Position numbers and translations under genes: made by a program | Assembly: GCA_035505375.1 (NCBI GenBank) | Contig: DATJQV010000075.1 | Location: forward strand, 10,673 to 74,672 | Reading direction: 5' to 3' | From: a bacterium | Lineage (GTDB): Bacteria; Hydrothermota; Tepidihabitantia; Tepidihabitantales; Tepidihabitantaceae | DNA length: 64,000 nt | Notes under the pieces: model-generated | Seen by the model: the letters and a program-made list of their open reading frames with translations, nothing else | The model's database searches: none | What the model was told of the DNA's origin: nothing | In this document: piece after piece, positions 26,818 through 34,944 of the stretch | Layout of the letters: every line of letters begins with the position of its first letter | How positions within the stretch are numbered: the stretch's first letter is position 1

Positions 26818-27036
26818 GTTCTCACCTCTGGCTTTCGTCAGTCATACTATGCCACATGCAACAGCGGATGTCAACCTGCTCACGCTGCGGAGTCGCATTG
26901 ATTGCGGCGGCGCGACGCTGGCGACGGAGGCGTCGGGTTCGGCCGGATCTGGCCTTGCATCAGTAGGGATGTTATGCGCGCGCCGGCTAGAGTCAAGGCC
27001 AGCGCGGGCCGGAGCGATGGAAAGAAGGGGTCTGGC

Positions 27037-27366
27037 GCAGGCCTGGGTGCCGTTGCAGAAGCAGGAACGGCGGCCGTTGCGTCTGCGGGAACGTGGGCCG
27101 GAACGGACGCTGTTTCGGTGTCTGGAACAGATGCTGTTGCGGGCGCAGGCACGAGAGCCGTTGCGGCAGCAGGGCCGGTAGCCGTTGCGATACGAGGACC
27201 GGGTGCGGTTCAGGGCGCAGGTGCAGTGCCGGAACCAAGTGCTGTTGGGGTGAGAGTTCCGGAGGCCGGTGCGATGCCAGACCATGAGGCCGGAGCGGTT
27301 TCCGTTGCAGCGGCCGGAACGGCTGCTGTTTCCGGGGTTGGGCCGGCCGCAGGAACGAGGGCCGGA
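27037..27366. repeat. array of ~27 degenerate 12-nt units (24-nt super-period GCAGGAACGGCG-GCCGTTGCGNNN) with internal inverted symmetry; open in most frames
   Basis: gcaggcctgggt gccgttgcagaa gcaggaacggcg gccgttgcgtct gcgggaacgtgg gccggaacggac ... gccggaacggct gctgtttccggg. Plus-strand translation gives AGTxAV tetrapeptide repeats. Several overlapping ORFs are open on both strands. Confidence 0.6.
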
Positions 27367-27409
27367 TAGGGGGCAGGAACTCCCCCAGCCGTCTAGGGGA
27401 TAGAGAGAA

Positions 27410-27458
27410 CCGGACAAAGCAGAAACCAGAATTCAGAGACCAGAAACCAGAAATGCCC
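27410..27458. repeat. GGACAAAGCAGAAACCAGAATTCAGAGACCAGAAACCAGAA copy of the intergenic element family
   Basis: Direct match to the family core. Confidence 0.55.
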
Positions 27459-27692
27459 GAACGGGAAAGACTTAGGACACGACGGCGGGGACGAAGTCAA
27501 AAGGCAGCAGCCAAGAGCCAAGAGTCAAGACCGGAGATCTGGAACGATGAACGGGCGAACTCCGGGTTCACCGAGAGGACGAAAAGAACTGAGGGCTTAG
27601 TGACTCTCTCCGGCTGGGCATAACTTCTTCACACTCAGTCGGTTAAGCGTTATCGCGTTGCGGATAATCCGCATATAGGGGTCGCCTGGGGG

Positions 27693-27970
27693 CTAGCCTT
27701 TGAGGAAGCGTTCAGAGGAGCCATGAAACAAGCCTTGAAGTGAGCTTTGAGTTGAGCTTTCAGAGGAGCTTTGCCGCGAGCTTTCGACTGAGCTTTGCCG
27801 CGAGCGATGCGAGGAGCGATGCGCCGAGCTTTGAGATGAGCAATGCACGAAGCGATGAAGCGAGCTTTGCAGTGAGCCATTGAAGAAGCTATGAAGTGAG
27901 CTTTCGAGTTTGCTTTCTAAGGTACTTTCCGGCGAACTCTGAAACGAGCTTTCGGACGAGCTTTGTGGCG
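27693..27970. repeat. array of ~23 tandem 12-nt units NGAGCTTTGNNN (8 conserved + 4 variable nt), immediately upstream of der
   Basis: ... caagccttgaag tgagctttgagt tgagctttcaga ggagctttgccg cgagctttcgac tgagctttgccg cgagcgatgcga ggagcgatgcgc cgagctttgaga tgagcaatgcac gaagcgatgaag cgagctttgcag ... cgagctttcgga cgagctttgtgg. The only long ORF through it (27693..28424 on the minus strand) starts inside der on the antisense strand. Confidence 0.65.
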
Positions 27971-28062
27971 AAGAATTAGACAAGAATTGACGCGCCACCT
28001 CACGAGTCCGCGCCGCCCTCGGAATCCTCGAAAGCGCGGTGCTTTCTGCTATAATACCACCC

Positions 28063-29334
28063 ATGGTCGTCATCGTCGGCCGGCCGAATACCGGTAAGTC
28101 AACGCTCTTCAACCGCCTCGTCGGCGGCCGCGTCGCCATCACGTTGCAGCAATCCGGCATTACGCGCGACCGGATCATCCGCGATGCCGAGTGGCTGGGG
28201 CGCCGATTCAAGGTCGTGGACACCGGTGGTCTGGTCCCGAACTCGAAAGAGGAGATGAACCGCGAGGTCGAGCGCCAGGTGCAGATTGCGCTGGACGAAG
28301 CCAAGGTCATCGTGCTCGTGGTTGACGGCTCGGTCGGGCTGCAGCCGCTGGACGCGGAGATCGCCACGCGCCTGCGCCGGGCCGGCCGGGAGTTCATCGT
28401 CGCGGTGAACAAGCTCGACATCAAGCGGAAGTTCGAGGAGGCCGACTATCACAAGCTGGGCGGGGCAGCGCTCATCCCGATTTCGGCCGAAGCCGGGACC
28501 GGCGTAGACGAGCTGCTGGAAGCAGTCCTGTCCCGGTTGCCCGAGGTTGTGCGGGCGAAGCGGGCCGACGTGTTGTCGCTTGCCATCGTCGGCCGCCCGA
28601 ACGTCGGGAAGTCCTCGTTGATGAACTATCTGCTCGGCCACTCCCGCTCGATTGTCACGGCCACGCCCGGCACCACGCGCGACGTCATCGAGGAGTCGTT
28701 CGAGCTGGAGGGACACGCCTATCGTCTGCTCGACACCGCCGGCATCCGCCGCAAGCCGCGCGTGAGCGAGCCGGTCGAGTACTATTCGGTCACGCGCGCG
28801 ATTGAGCAGATTAAGCACTGCGACGTCGCCCTGGTCATGTTCGACGCCCACGACGGGCCGAACAACCAGGATAAGCGTATCGTCAACCTGGCCGTGGAAC
28901 GGAGCCGGGGGCTGGTCGTCATCGCCAACAAGATGGACACTGTGCCGGACAAGCTCAAAGACAAGGTGCGTGACTGGGTAAAGAAGGAGCTGAGTTTCGC
29001 GGACTACGCGCCGGTCCTGTTCACGTCGGTGCTGCAGGGCCTGGGTGCAACCGAGGCAGTGCACGAGGCCCGCCGGGTCTGGGAGAACGGCGGACAGCAG
29101 ATACCCGGGCCGAAGCTCCGCGAGAAGATTCTGCCGTTGCTCGAGAAGAACCAGCCGCGGTTCGACTGTCGCGTAGTCGCGATCAGCCAGGTGAGCACGC
29201 GGCCGCCGACTTTCCGGCTACGGGTGACCAGGCCCAACGTTCTCGCGCCCGCGTACGAGCGATTCGTTATCGCTGAAATCCGGAAGCGGTTCAAGTTCAT
29301 CGGGTACCCGATACGGATCAAGACCACACGCTGA
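28063..29334 (+). CDS. der: ribosome-assembly GTPase Der (EngA), two tandem GTPase domains plus KH-like C-terminal domain
   Basis: G1 motifs GRPNTGKST and GRPNVGKSS. DTGG/DTAG and NKxD (NKLD, NKMD) motifs are present twice. The supplied ORF starts at GTG 28039, but ATG 28063 (MVVIVGRPNTGKS) lies 8 nt after a TATAAT hexamer. Confidence 0.9.
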   Translation: MVVIVGRPNTGKSTLFNRLVGGRVAITLQQSGITRDRIIRDAEWLGRRFKVVDTGGLVPNSKEEMNREVERQVQIALDEAKVIVLVVDGSVGLQPLDAEIATRLRRAGREFIVAVNKLDIKRKFEEADYHKLGGAALIPISAEAGTGVDELLEAVLSRLPEVVRAKRADVLSLAIVGRPNVGKSSLMNYLLGHSRSIVTATPGTTRDVIEESFELEGHAYRLLDTAGIRRKPRVSEPVEYYSVTRAIEQIKHCDVALVMFDAHDGPNNQDKRIVNLAVERSRGLVVIANKMDTVPDKLKDKVRDWVKKELSFADYAPVLFTSVLQGLGATEAVHEARRVWENGGQQIPGPKLREKILPLLEKNQPRFDCRVVAISQVSTRPPTFRLRVTRPNVLAPAYERFVIAEIRKRFKFIGYPIRIKTTR

Positions 29335-29478
29335 GGCGGACGCGGAGAAACCAGAAATCAGATATCAGAGAACTGAAAGCAGAATTGACCGAGGCTCGGA
29401 CAGAACGCAGTGAGGGCGGACGCGGAGAAACCAGAAATCAGATATCAGAGAACTGAAAGCAGATTCGGGTGTGCCCGG
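29335..29478. repeat. two direct copies (~78 bp period) of GGCGGACGCGGAGAAACCAGAAATCAGATATCAGAGAACTGAAAGCAGA
   Basis: Near-identical copies start at 29335 and 29413. The core belongs to the CAGAAACCAGAA family. Confidence 0.65.
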
Positions 29479-29517
29479 ACTGAGAAGTAGAATGCTGAAC
29501 CGCGCACGGCGGGGCGA

Positions 29518-29937
29518 GTGGATACGCTAGACAGACTGGATGACAGGCTGGACATGGACAGCAGGCTGCTGCACTTCGCGGCAGATGTGATCGCGCTGGC
29601 TCCTCGTCTTCAGCGGTCGCCGACTGGAAGGTACCTTGTGGGACAGATGGTACGCGCGGGCACTTCAGCCGGGGCCAACTTCCAGGAGGCGCGCGGGGCC
29701 GAGAGTCGGGCTGACTTCGTGCACAAGATGCAAGTCGTACTCAAGGAGCTGCGCGAGACCGAATACTGGCTCAGGCTCCTCAGAGAGGCCAAGCTGATGC
29801 CATCGGATCTTCTAGCGGGCCCGCTCGCGGAAGTGGACGAACTGATTCGGATCGTCGTCAAGTCGGTGGTAACGGCGAAGACAAGACATTACAATGCGGG
29901 CGGCGGAGAAACCAGAAATCAGATATCAGAGAACTGA
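29518..29937 (+). CDS. four-helix-bundle protein (23S rRNA intervening-sequence protein family), second copy
   Basis: GQMVRAGTSAGANFQEARGAESRADFVHKMQVVLKELRETEYWLRLL matches the family pattern. The C-terminal 12 aa (GGETRNQISEN) are the translation of the adjacent repeat element. Confidence 0.6.
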   Translation: MDTLDRLDDRLDMDSRLLHFAADVIALAPRLQRSPTGRYLVGQMVRAGTSAGANFQEARGAESRADFVHKMQVVLKELRETEYWLRLLREAKLMPSDLLAGPLAEVDELIRIVVKSVVTAKTRHYNAGGGETRNQISEN

Positions 29938-30046
29938 AACCAGAAATGTCCGAAGCCGGCTTTCTGATTTCTGGTATCTGATTTCTGACTTCACCTTTGT
30001 CCGTGTTTGCATTTCTGGTATCTGGTTTCTGAATTCTGGTTTGTCC
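29899..30046. repeat. inverted-repeat element GGCGGAGAAACCAGAAATCAGATATCAGAGAACTGAAACCAGAA ... TTCTGGTATCTGGTTTCTGAATTCTGGTTTGTCC
   Basis: Overlaps the 3' end of the four-helix-bundle gene and the annotated 5' end of the LCP ORF. Confidence 0.6.
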
Positions 30047-30057
30047 GTTCCGCTGCT

Positions 30058-31296
30058 ATGTCCCGCCGTCTGAATTCTGCCTGGTTCATCGTCGCCGGTG
30101 TCGTCGTAGTTGTCTTCCTCATCGGCTTCTACCTGCTCGGGCCGCGGCCGCGCCGGGCCGCGCCGACAACACTCCAGCCGACCCCTGCCGGCACGCTGAA
30201 CATCCTGATCATCGGCAAGGACGCCCGCGCGATCGGCCCGGTCGTGAACGAAGGCCGGCAGCGCAATAAGCGTGAGGAGCAGTCCCACTCCGACATTATC
30301 ATCATCTGCCACATCAACTTCGGCATTCCTGCGGTCAACCTGGTGGCGATTCCTCGCGACCTGCTGGTCGAGGTGCCGGGCATCACCACTTCGGCCCAAT
30401 CGAACACCGACTTCACGCACATGGAGAAGATCACCCACGTCTACGCCATCGGCGGGGACAAGCTGCTGCGCAAGACCATCACGAACCTCCTGGGCATCCC
30501 CATCCACCGCTCGATCGCGTTCGATTTCGACACCTTCCGGATGGCGTTCGATATCCTCCGGCCGTTCATCGGCGTGCTGAGCATCGGCGGGGTGACCCTG
30601 ACCGAACGCGACCAGGCGCTCATGTTCGCGCGCAAGCGCTACGGACTTTTGTACGATGACGCGGACCGCTGCCGCCACGCGCTCCAGCTTGTAAGCGGCG
30701 TCATGGCACGGACCTGGCGGCTGGGCGGAACCCGGCTTGGCGACATGCTCATCAATCGGCTGCTCGCGATCGTCGGCGAGGATACGGACCTGACCGCAGA
30801 CGAGATCCACGAGGTTATCGATGGCCTGCGGCGGACCGGGTTCAGACCGGCGAGAACGGAGACCGCCGTGCTGGTCAGCGAAGGCGCGGACGTGACGCTG
30901 ACTCGCTACAACCAGACGCTATCCTGCTATCTGCCCGTGTATCGCGAGATCGAGAAGCAGACCCGTCGCTACCTGCTCGATCAGAAGGATGTGGACGCGC
31001 TCGACTTCATGACTCAGGAGAACTTTCGCGTGCCCGCCTACTTCGACTCGAGCTACGTTCTGCCGGTGAGCGCGACGGATACGCTGCGGCCGCTGCCGTT
31101 CGATACGGCCGGCATGGACACGCAGCTCAAGTCGACGCGGCTGAAGGAACTGAGCCAGGAGAACAAAACGAAAGCGGCCGGTGATACGGCGGCCGCCGAC
31201 TCTTTGCACAGTCATCGCCCCCACAAGCCGAAGCCAAAGACACCAACGCCGGCCGACACGCAAAAGACAAAGACCCCCGCCCCAAAGAAAACCTAG
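30058..31296 (+). CDS. LytR-CpsA-Psr (LCP) family cell-envelope phosphotransferase with K/P/T-rich C-terminal tail
   Basis: TM anchor FIVAGVVVVVFLIGFYLL. The LCP core motif is SDIIIICHINFGIPAVNLVAIPRDLLVEVPG. ATG 30058 is preferred over the supplied 30007 start, which lies in repeat DNA. Confidence 0.75.
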   Translation: MSRRLNSAWFIVAGVVVVVFLIGFYLLGPRPRRAAPTTLQPTPAGTLNILIIGKDARAIGPVVNEGRQRNKREEQSHSDIIIICHINFGIPAVNLVAIPRDLLVEVPGITTSAQSNTDFTHMEKITHVYAIGGDKLLRKTITNLLGIPIHRSIAFDFDTFRMAFDILRPFIGVLSIGGVTLTERDQALMFARKRYGLLYDDADRCRHALQLVSGVMARTWRLGGTRLGDMLINRLLAIVGEDTDLTADEIHEVIDGLRRTGFRPARTETAVLVSEGADVTLTRYNQTLSCYLPVYREIEKQTRRYLLDQKDVDALDFMTQENFRVPAYFDSSYVLPVSATDTLRPLPFDTAGMDTQLKSTRLKELSQENKTKAAGDTAAADSLHSHRPHKPKPKTPTPADTQKTKTPAPKKT

Positions 31297-31313
31297 TTCA
31301 CGCGACCCGAGCA

Positions 31314-31411
31314 GGACAATTCAGAAGTCAGATATCAGAGACCAGAAACCAGAGAGCCGGCTCCGGGCATTTCTGATTTCACTTTTCTGGTTTCTGACTT
31401 CTGGTTTGTCC
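31314..31411. repeat. GGACAATTCAGAAGTCAGATATCAGAGACCAGAAACCAGA ... TTTCTGGTTTCTGACTTCTGGTTTGTCC inverted-repeat element between the LCP gene and alaS
   Basis: Family core with inverted arms. Confidence 0.6.
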
Positions 31412-31422
31412 GGACCCGCAGG

Positions 31423-34146
31423 CTAGGCCTGCGCAGATGCGAGCGCTTTGACCGCGCTCCGGAACGCTTCCTGCCCCGCGCCGAGCTTGTCGAGCTGGCC
31501 ACCGCCTTCGGCCAGGTCCGGCTTGCCGCCACCGCCGCCGCCCATTGCCGGGCCGACCGTCTTGGCCAACTTGCCCGCGGGAAGTGATGCCTGCAGGTCC
31601 GGGCTGACGAATACGACGTAGCGGATGCGCGGTCCCTCACCACCGGTGAGCAGTCCCGCGTACTTCTCTTTCAGCAGTTCGCGCACGCGGTCGGATACGA
31701 GCCTGAGCTCGCCGGTCTCGAACCTGGCGAAGTGGCTCACGACGGCCTTGAAGCCGCCGACGTCCTCGGGCTTGGCCGCCAGCTCGTCGCCGGCGACGCG
31801 CGCCAGTTGTGCTGACAGGCCGGCCAGCCTCTCGCCCTGTCGCTTCAGTTCCTCGCCCAGCCCTTCGACCTTCTTGACCAGCGTCTCCTCGGTCCCGCCC
31901 AGATGCTCAGTGAGCTGGGTCACGATGGCGCGCTCGGACGCCGCGTTCTCAAACGCCGCCCTGCCGACCAGCGCCTCGATGCGCCGGATGCCGGCGGCCA
32001 CGCCGGTTTCCGAGATGATGCGGAAAAGCCCGATCTGGCCCGTGCTCTTCAGGTGCGTACCGCCGCAGAGTTCCATCGAGAAGTCACCGACCTTCACGAC
32101 CGTCACCTTCTCGCCATACTGGTCACCGAAGAACGCCAGCGCGCCCATCGCCCGCGCCTCGTCCAGCGGCGTGTTGCGCAGGGCCTGGACATGCCGGTCG
32201 GCCACGACCTGCTCGTACACCGCCCGCTCCACGGCCAAGACTTGCGCCCGCGCCATCGGCTCGAACGCCGCGAAGTCGAAGCGCAGCCGTCCGGGCTCGA
32301 CCAGCGAACCTTCCTGTTTCACATAATCGCCAAGCGTCTTCCGCAGTGCTGCATGCAACAGGTGGGTGGCGGTGTGCGCCCGCTCGATTTCGCGCCTTCG
32401 CTCCGTGTCCACCGCCGCGAAGACCTTGCCGAGGGACATGACCGAACCGTCCGACGGTTCGGATCGTGTCCCGAGGTCCCCCAAGCTCCCCCGCACCAGC
32501 TTCGCCTTGCAGGCAGGCACGCCCTGCTTGTAGTAGGTATTCAGCACTTCGAGCTCGAATCCCTCGCCGATAATCTTCCCGGTGTCGCCGACCTGCCCGC
32601 CCATCTCGGCGTAGAACGGGCTCTTCTTGAGAACGACTTCATACAAGCGCGGGACATGACCGAAATCCTCCTGGGATTTCGGATCGTGTCCCAAGCCGTC
32701 CAACGGTGCGAAGCTCACTATCTCGGTGTCGACCTCGTCGCTGTCGTAGCCGACGAACTCCCAGTCGGCGGCACCTTCGTGCGCCGGACCGGTCGTGCTG
32801 ATGAATGTCTCTTTGCGGCTGCGCTCGCGCTGTTCCTGCATCGCCCGGTCGAATCCGGCCGTGTCGAGCTTCACTCCGGCATCTTCGGCCAGTTCCTTCA
32901 CGAGCTCGATGTGGAACCCGAAGGTGTCGTGCAGCTTGAACAGGTCGTCGCCGGGAATGAGTCCGTCGCGCCTGTGCGCGTCCAGCACGTTCTGCCAGCG
33001 CTCCAGCCCGGCATCGAGGGTACGCAGGAACCGCTCCTCTTCCGACTTGATGATAAGCGCCGCCTGCTCGCGCTTGGCCACGACTTCCGGGTACCACTGC
33101 CGCATCAACTCGACGACCTCGCCCGAGACCTTGTAGAGGAACGGCTCAGCTACGCCCTGCCGGTGGGCGAAGAGCAGCGCCCGACGCAGGATGCTGCGCA
33201 GAACGTAGCCCCGTGCCTCATTTGAGGGAATCACGCCATCGGCGATGGCGAAGGTCAGGGCGCGCGCGTGGTCCGCCGCGACGTATAGCATCGAAGGGAC
33301 ATGACCGAAATCCGCCGGGGATTTCGGATCGTGTCCCGAGACGCCTCGCCCTTCGCCCTTCGCATCCATATTGAGCATCTTTGCCGTCGCCTTCACGATA
33401 GGGGCGAAGAGGTCAGTCTCGAATATCGTCTTCTTCTTCTGGGAGACCATGGCCAACCGTTCCATGCCCATGCCGGTATCGATGCCGCGGTTCTTCAGCG
33501 GCTCGCGCTTACCGTCGGGCAACTGGTTGTACTGAGGGAAGACGATATTGTAGACTTCGCTGAAACGGTCGCAGTCGCAGCCCGGCGCGCAGTCCGCCTT
33601 GCCGCAGCCGAACTCGGCCCCGAGGTCCACGTAGATTTCCGAGCAGGGACCGCAGGCTCCGCCGCCCCCGACCGGGCCCCAGAAGTTGTCCTTGGCGCCG
33701 AGGCGGACGACCCTGTTGGCCGGCAGGCCGACCTTGGTGCGCCAGACGTTGTAGGCCTCATCGTCCTCGGTGAAGACCGAAGCGTACAAGCGCTCCGCGT
33801 CGAGCTTCACGACCTGGGTCAGGTATTCCCACGCCCAGGGAATCGCCTCGTGCTTGAAGTAGTCGCCGAACGAGAAGTTACCAAGCATCTCGAAGAATGT
33901 GCCGTGGCGCGGAGTCTTGCCGACCTGGTCGAGGTCGGACGCGCGCAGGCACTTCTGGATGGAAGTCGCCCGGCGATAGGGCAGTTCGACCGTTCCCGCC
34001 CAGTACGGCTTGAACTGGACCATGCCCGCGCTGGTAAAAAGCATGGTCGGGTCGTCCCTCGGAATCAGGGACGAACTCGGTACGACCCGGTGGTCCCGCT
34101 GGCCGTAAAACTCAAGGAACGTCCGACGCAGCTCGCGGTGATTCAT
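31423..34146 (-). CDS. alaS: alanine--tRNA ligase (AlaRS) carrying three in-frame 40-42-bp palindromic insertions
   Basis: N-terminal RDDPTMLFTSAGMVQFKPYW, with FGDYFKHEAIPWAWE and HTATHLLHAAL (editing domain). C-terminal DHHA1-like region is present. The length is 907 aa. Inserted peptides are GHDPKSPADFGHVP, GHDPKSQEDFGHVP and GTRSEPSDGSVMSL. Confidence 0.9.
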   Translation of the reverse strand: MNHRELRRTFLEFYGQRDHRVVPSSSLIPRDDPTMLFTSAGMVQFKPYWAGTVELPYRRATSIQKCLRASDLDQVGKTPRHGTFFEMLGNFSFGDYFKHEAIPWAWEYLTQVVKLDAERLYASVFTEDDEAYNVWRTKVGLPANRVVRLGAKDNFWGPVGGGGACGPCSEIYVDLGAEFGCGKADCAPGCDCDRFSEVYNIVFPQYNQLPDGKREPLKNRGIDTGMGMERLAMVSQKKKTIFETDLFAPIVKATAKMLNMDAKGEGRGVSGHDPKSPADFGHVPSMLYVAADHARALTFAIADGVIPSNEARGYVLRSILRRALLFAHRQGVAEPFLYKVSGEVVELMRQWYPEVVAKREQAALIIKSEEERFLRTLDAGLERWQNVLDAHRRDGLIPGDDLFKLHDTFGFHIELVKELAEDAGVKLDTAGFDRAMQEQRERSRKETFISTTGPAHEGAADWEFVGYDSDEVDTEIVSFAPLDGLGHDPKSQEDFGHVPRLYEVVLKKSPFYAEMGGQVGDTGKIIGEGFELEVLNTYYKQGVPACKAKLVRGSLGDLGTRSEPSDGSVMSLGKVFAAVDTERRREIERAHTATHLLHAALRKTLGDYVKQEGSLVEPGRLRFDFAAFEPMARAQVLAVERAVYEQVVADRHVQALRNTPLDEARAMGALAFFGDQYGEKVTVVKVGDFSMELCGGTHLKSTGQIGLFRIISETGVAAGIRRIEALVGRAAFENAASERAIVTQLTEHLGGTEETLVKKVEGLGEELKRQGERLAGLSAQLARVAGDELAAKPEDVGGFKAVVSHFARFETGELRLVSDRVRELLKEKYAGLLTGGEGPRIRYVVFVSPDLQASLPAGKLAKTVGPAMGGGGGGKPDLAEGGGQLDKLGAGQEAFRSAVKALASAQA
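32433..32472. repeat. palindromic element GGGACATGACCGAACCGTC-CGACGGTTCGGATCGTGTCCC inside alaS (copy 1)
   Basis: Perfect or near-perfect hairpin with GGGACA/TGTCCC termini. Translated in-frame on the minus strand. Confidence 0.6.
32651..32692. repeat. palindromic element GGGACATGACCGAAATCC-TCCT-GGGATTTCGGATCGTGTCCC inside alaS (copy 2)
   Basis: 42 bp (14 codons), in-frame. Confidence 0.6.
33295..33336. repeat. palindromic element GGGACATGACCGAAATCC-GCCG-GGGATTTCGGATCGTGTCCC inside alaS (copy 3)
   Basis: 42 bp, in-frame. It adds about 14 aa relative to the alignment expectation before the conserved VAADHxRA segment. Confidence 0.6.
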
Positions 34147-34206
34147 TGCGGTTATTTTATAGAGAAACTCAGGCTACGCAACAGGGCACACCGCGTCATG
34201 CGGAAT

Positions 34207-34290
34207 GGGACAAACCAGAAGTCAGAAACCAGAAGAGTGAAACCAGAAATGTCCTGAACCGAATTCCTTGTTTCTGGTCTCTGCGCTCTG
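34207..34290. repeat. GGGACAAACCAGAAGTCAGAAACCAGAAGAGTGAAACCAGAAATGTCC ... TTGTTTCTGGTCTCTG element between alaS and recX
   Basis: Family core. Confidence 0.55.
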
Positions 34291-34308
34291 CGCTAGCCGA
34301 GCCGATTA

Positions 34309-34932
34309 TCAGGTCGATTCGGACTCGTCGAGGTCGATGACGTGCCGAATCGTGTCCGGCGAGAAGCCGCGCCGGGCAAGGAAGGCAAACAGGCGTCGCT
34401 TGAGCACGCCCGGCTCAAGCCGGCGGTTGCGGGACAGGTACTTTTCCGCCACTTCGCGCGCCGCTGCTTTCTCGTCCGGCGCCGAGGCTAGCGCGTCTTC
34501 GATGTGCTCCCTGGCCACCCCACGTTTAAGCAGTTCGCCGCGTATCCGCCACTTCCCTTTGTGCCCGATGGAAATACGGTCCTCGGCAAACCGCCGCGCG
34601 AACCCGGCGTCGTCGATCATCTTCAGCTCCGCCAGCCGCTGCAGGGTCGCGGCGACGATGTCCGGCGAGAAGCCTTTGCGCGTGAGCCGCTGCGTCAGTT
34701 CGCTGGTGGTCCTCGCCTTGTACGTAAGGAGAAGGAATGCATACTGGCGGGATTCGTACAGTTGTTCTTCGCGGGCGATACGGTCGAGTACGGTTCGGTC
34801 TACCTCCTGCCCGACATGCAGGCCGAGCGCGCCGACCGTGTCGCTGGACAGGCCAAACAGAAAGTTGCCGTCGAGGAAAACCGATACCCGCCGCTTGTGT
34901 CTCTTCTGCGGCTCAAGCGCGGTTATCCGCAC
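34309..34932 (-). CDS. recX: RecX recombination regulator (apparent GTG start)
   Basis: 207 aa with three tandem helical repeats (LTYKARTTSELTQRLTRKGF, AEDRISIGHKGKWRIRGELLKRGV, LFAFLARRGFSPD) and a position directly downstream of recA. Confidence 0.75.
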   Translation of the reverse strand: MRITALEPQKRHKRRVSVFLDGNFLFGLSSDTVGALGLHVGQEVDRTVLDRIAREEQLYESRQYAFLLLTYKARTTSELTQRLTRKGFSPDIVAATLQRLAELKMIDDAGFARRFAEDRISIGHKGKWRIRGELLKRGVAREHIEDALASAPDEKAAAREVAEKYLSRNRRLEPGVLKRRLFAFLARRGFSPDTIRHVIDLDESEST

Positions 34933-34944
34933 GGAGTCAGACCA

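Noticed and set aside
27037-27970. The 12-nt arrays considered as CRISPR arrays
   Set aside because: Units of 12 nt, with 8 conserved and 4 variable positions, are far too short for repeat-spacer architecture. There is no leader or cas gene nearby.
27693-28424. 243-aa minus-strand ORF with SSxS/SxxS tetrapeptide repeats, and the 76-aa KAxx-repeat ORF at 27650..27880
   Set aside because: Both are products of translating the 12-nt tandem array. The long one can only start inside der on the antisense strand. I treat the array as non-coding.
28099-29064. 321-aa minus-strand ORF
   Set aside because: It is antisense to der (EngA), which has two canonical GTPase domains.
31903-33225. 440-aa plus-strand ORF, plus the 233-aa and 318-aa plus-strand ORFs at 31625 and 33301
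   Set aside because: All are antisense to alaS.
32433-33336. alaS insertions considered as inteins or as sequencing or assembly duplications
   Set aside because: They are only about 14 aa long, have no intein splicing motifs, and are encoded by hairpin-forming palindromic DNA. The three copies differ in loop sequence, so they are not simple duplications.
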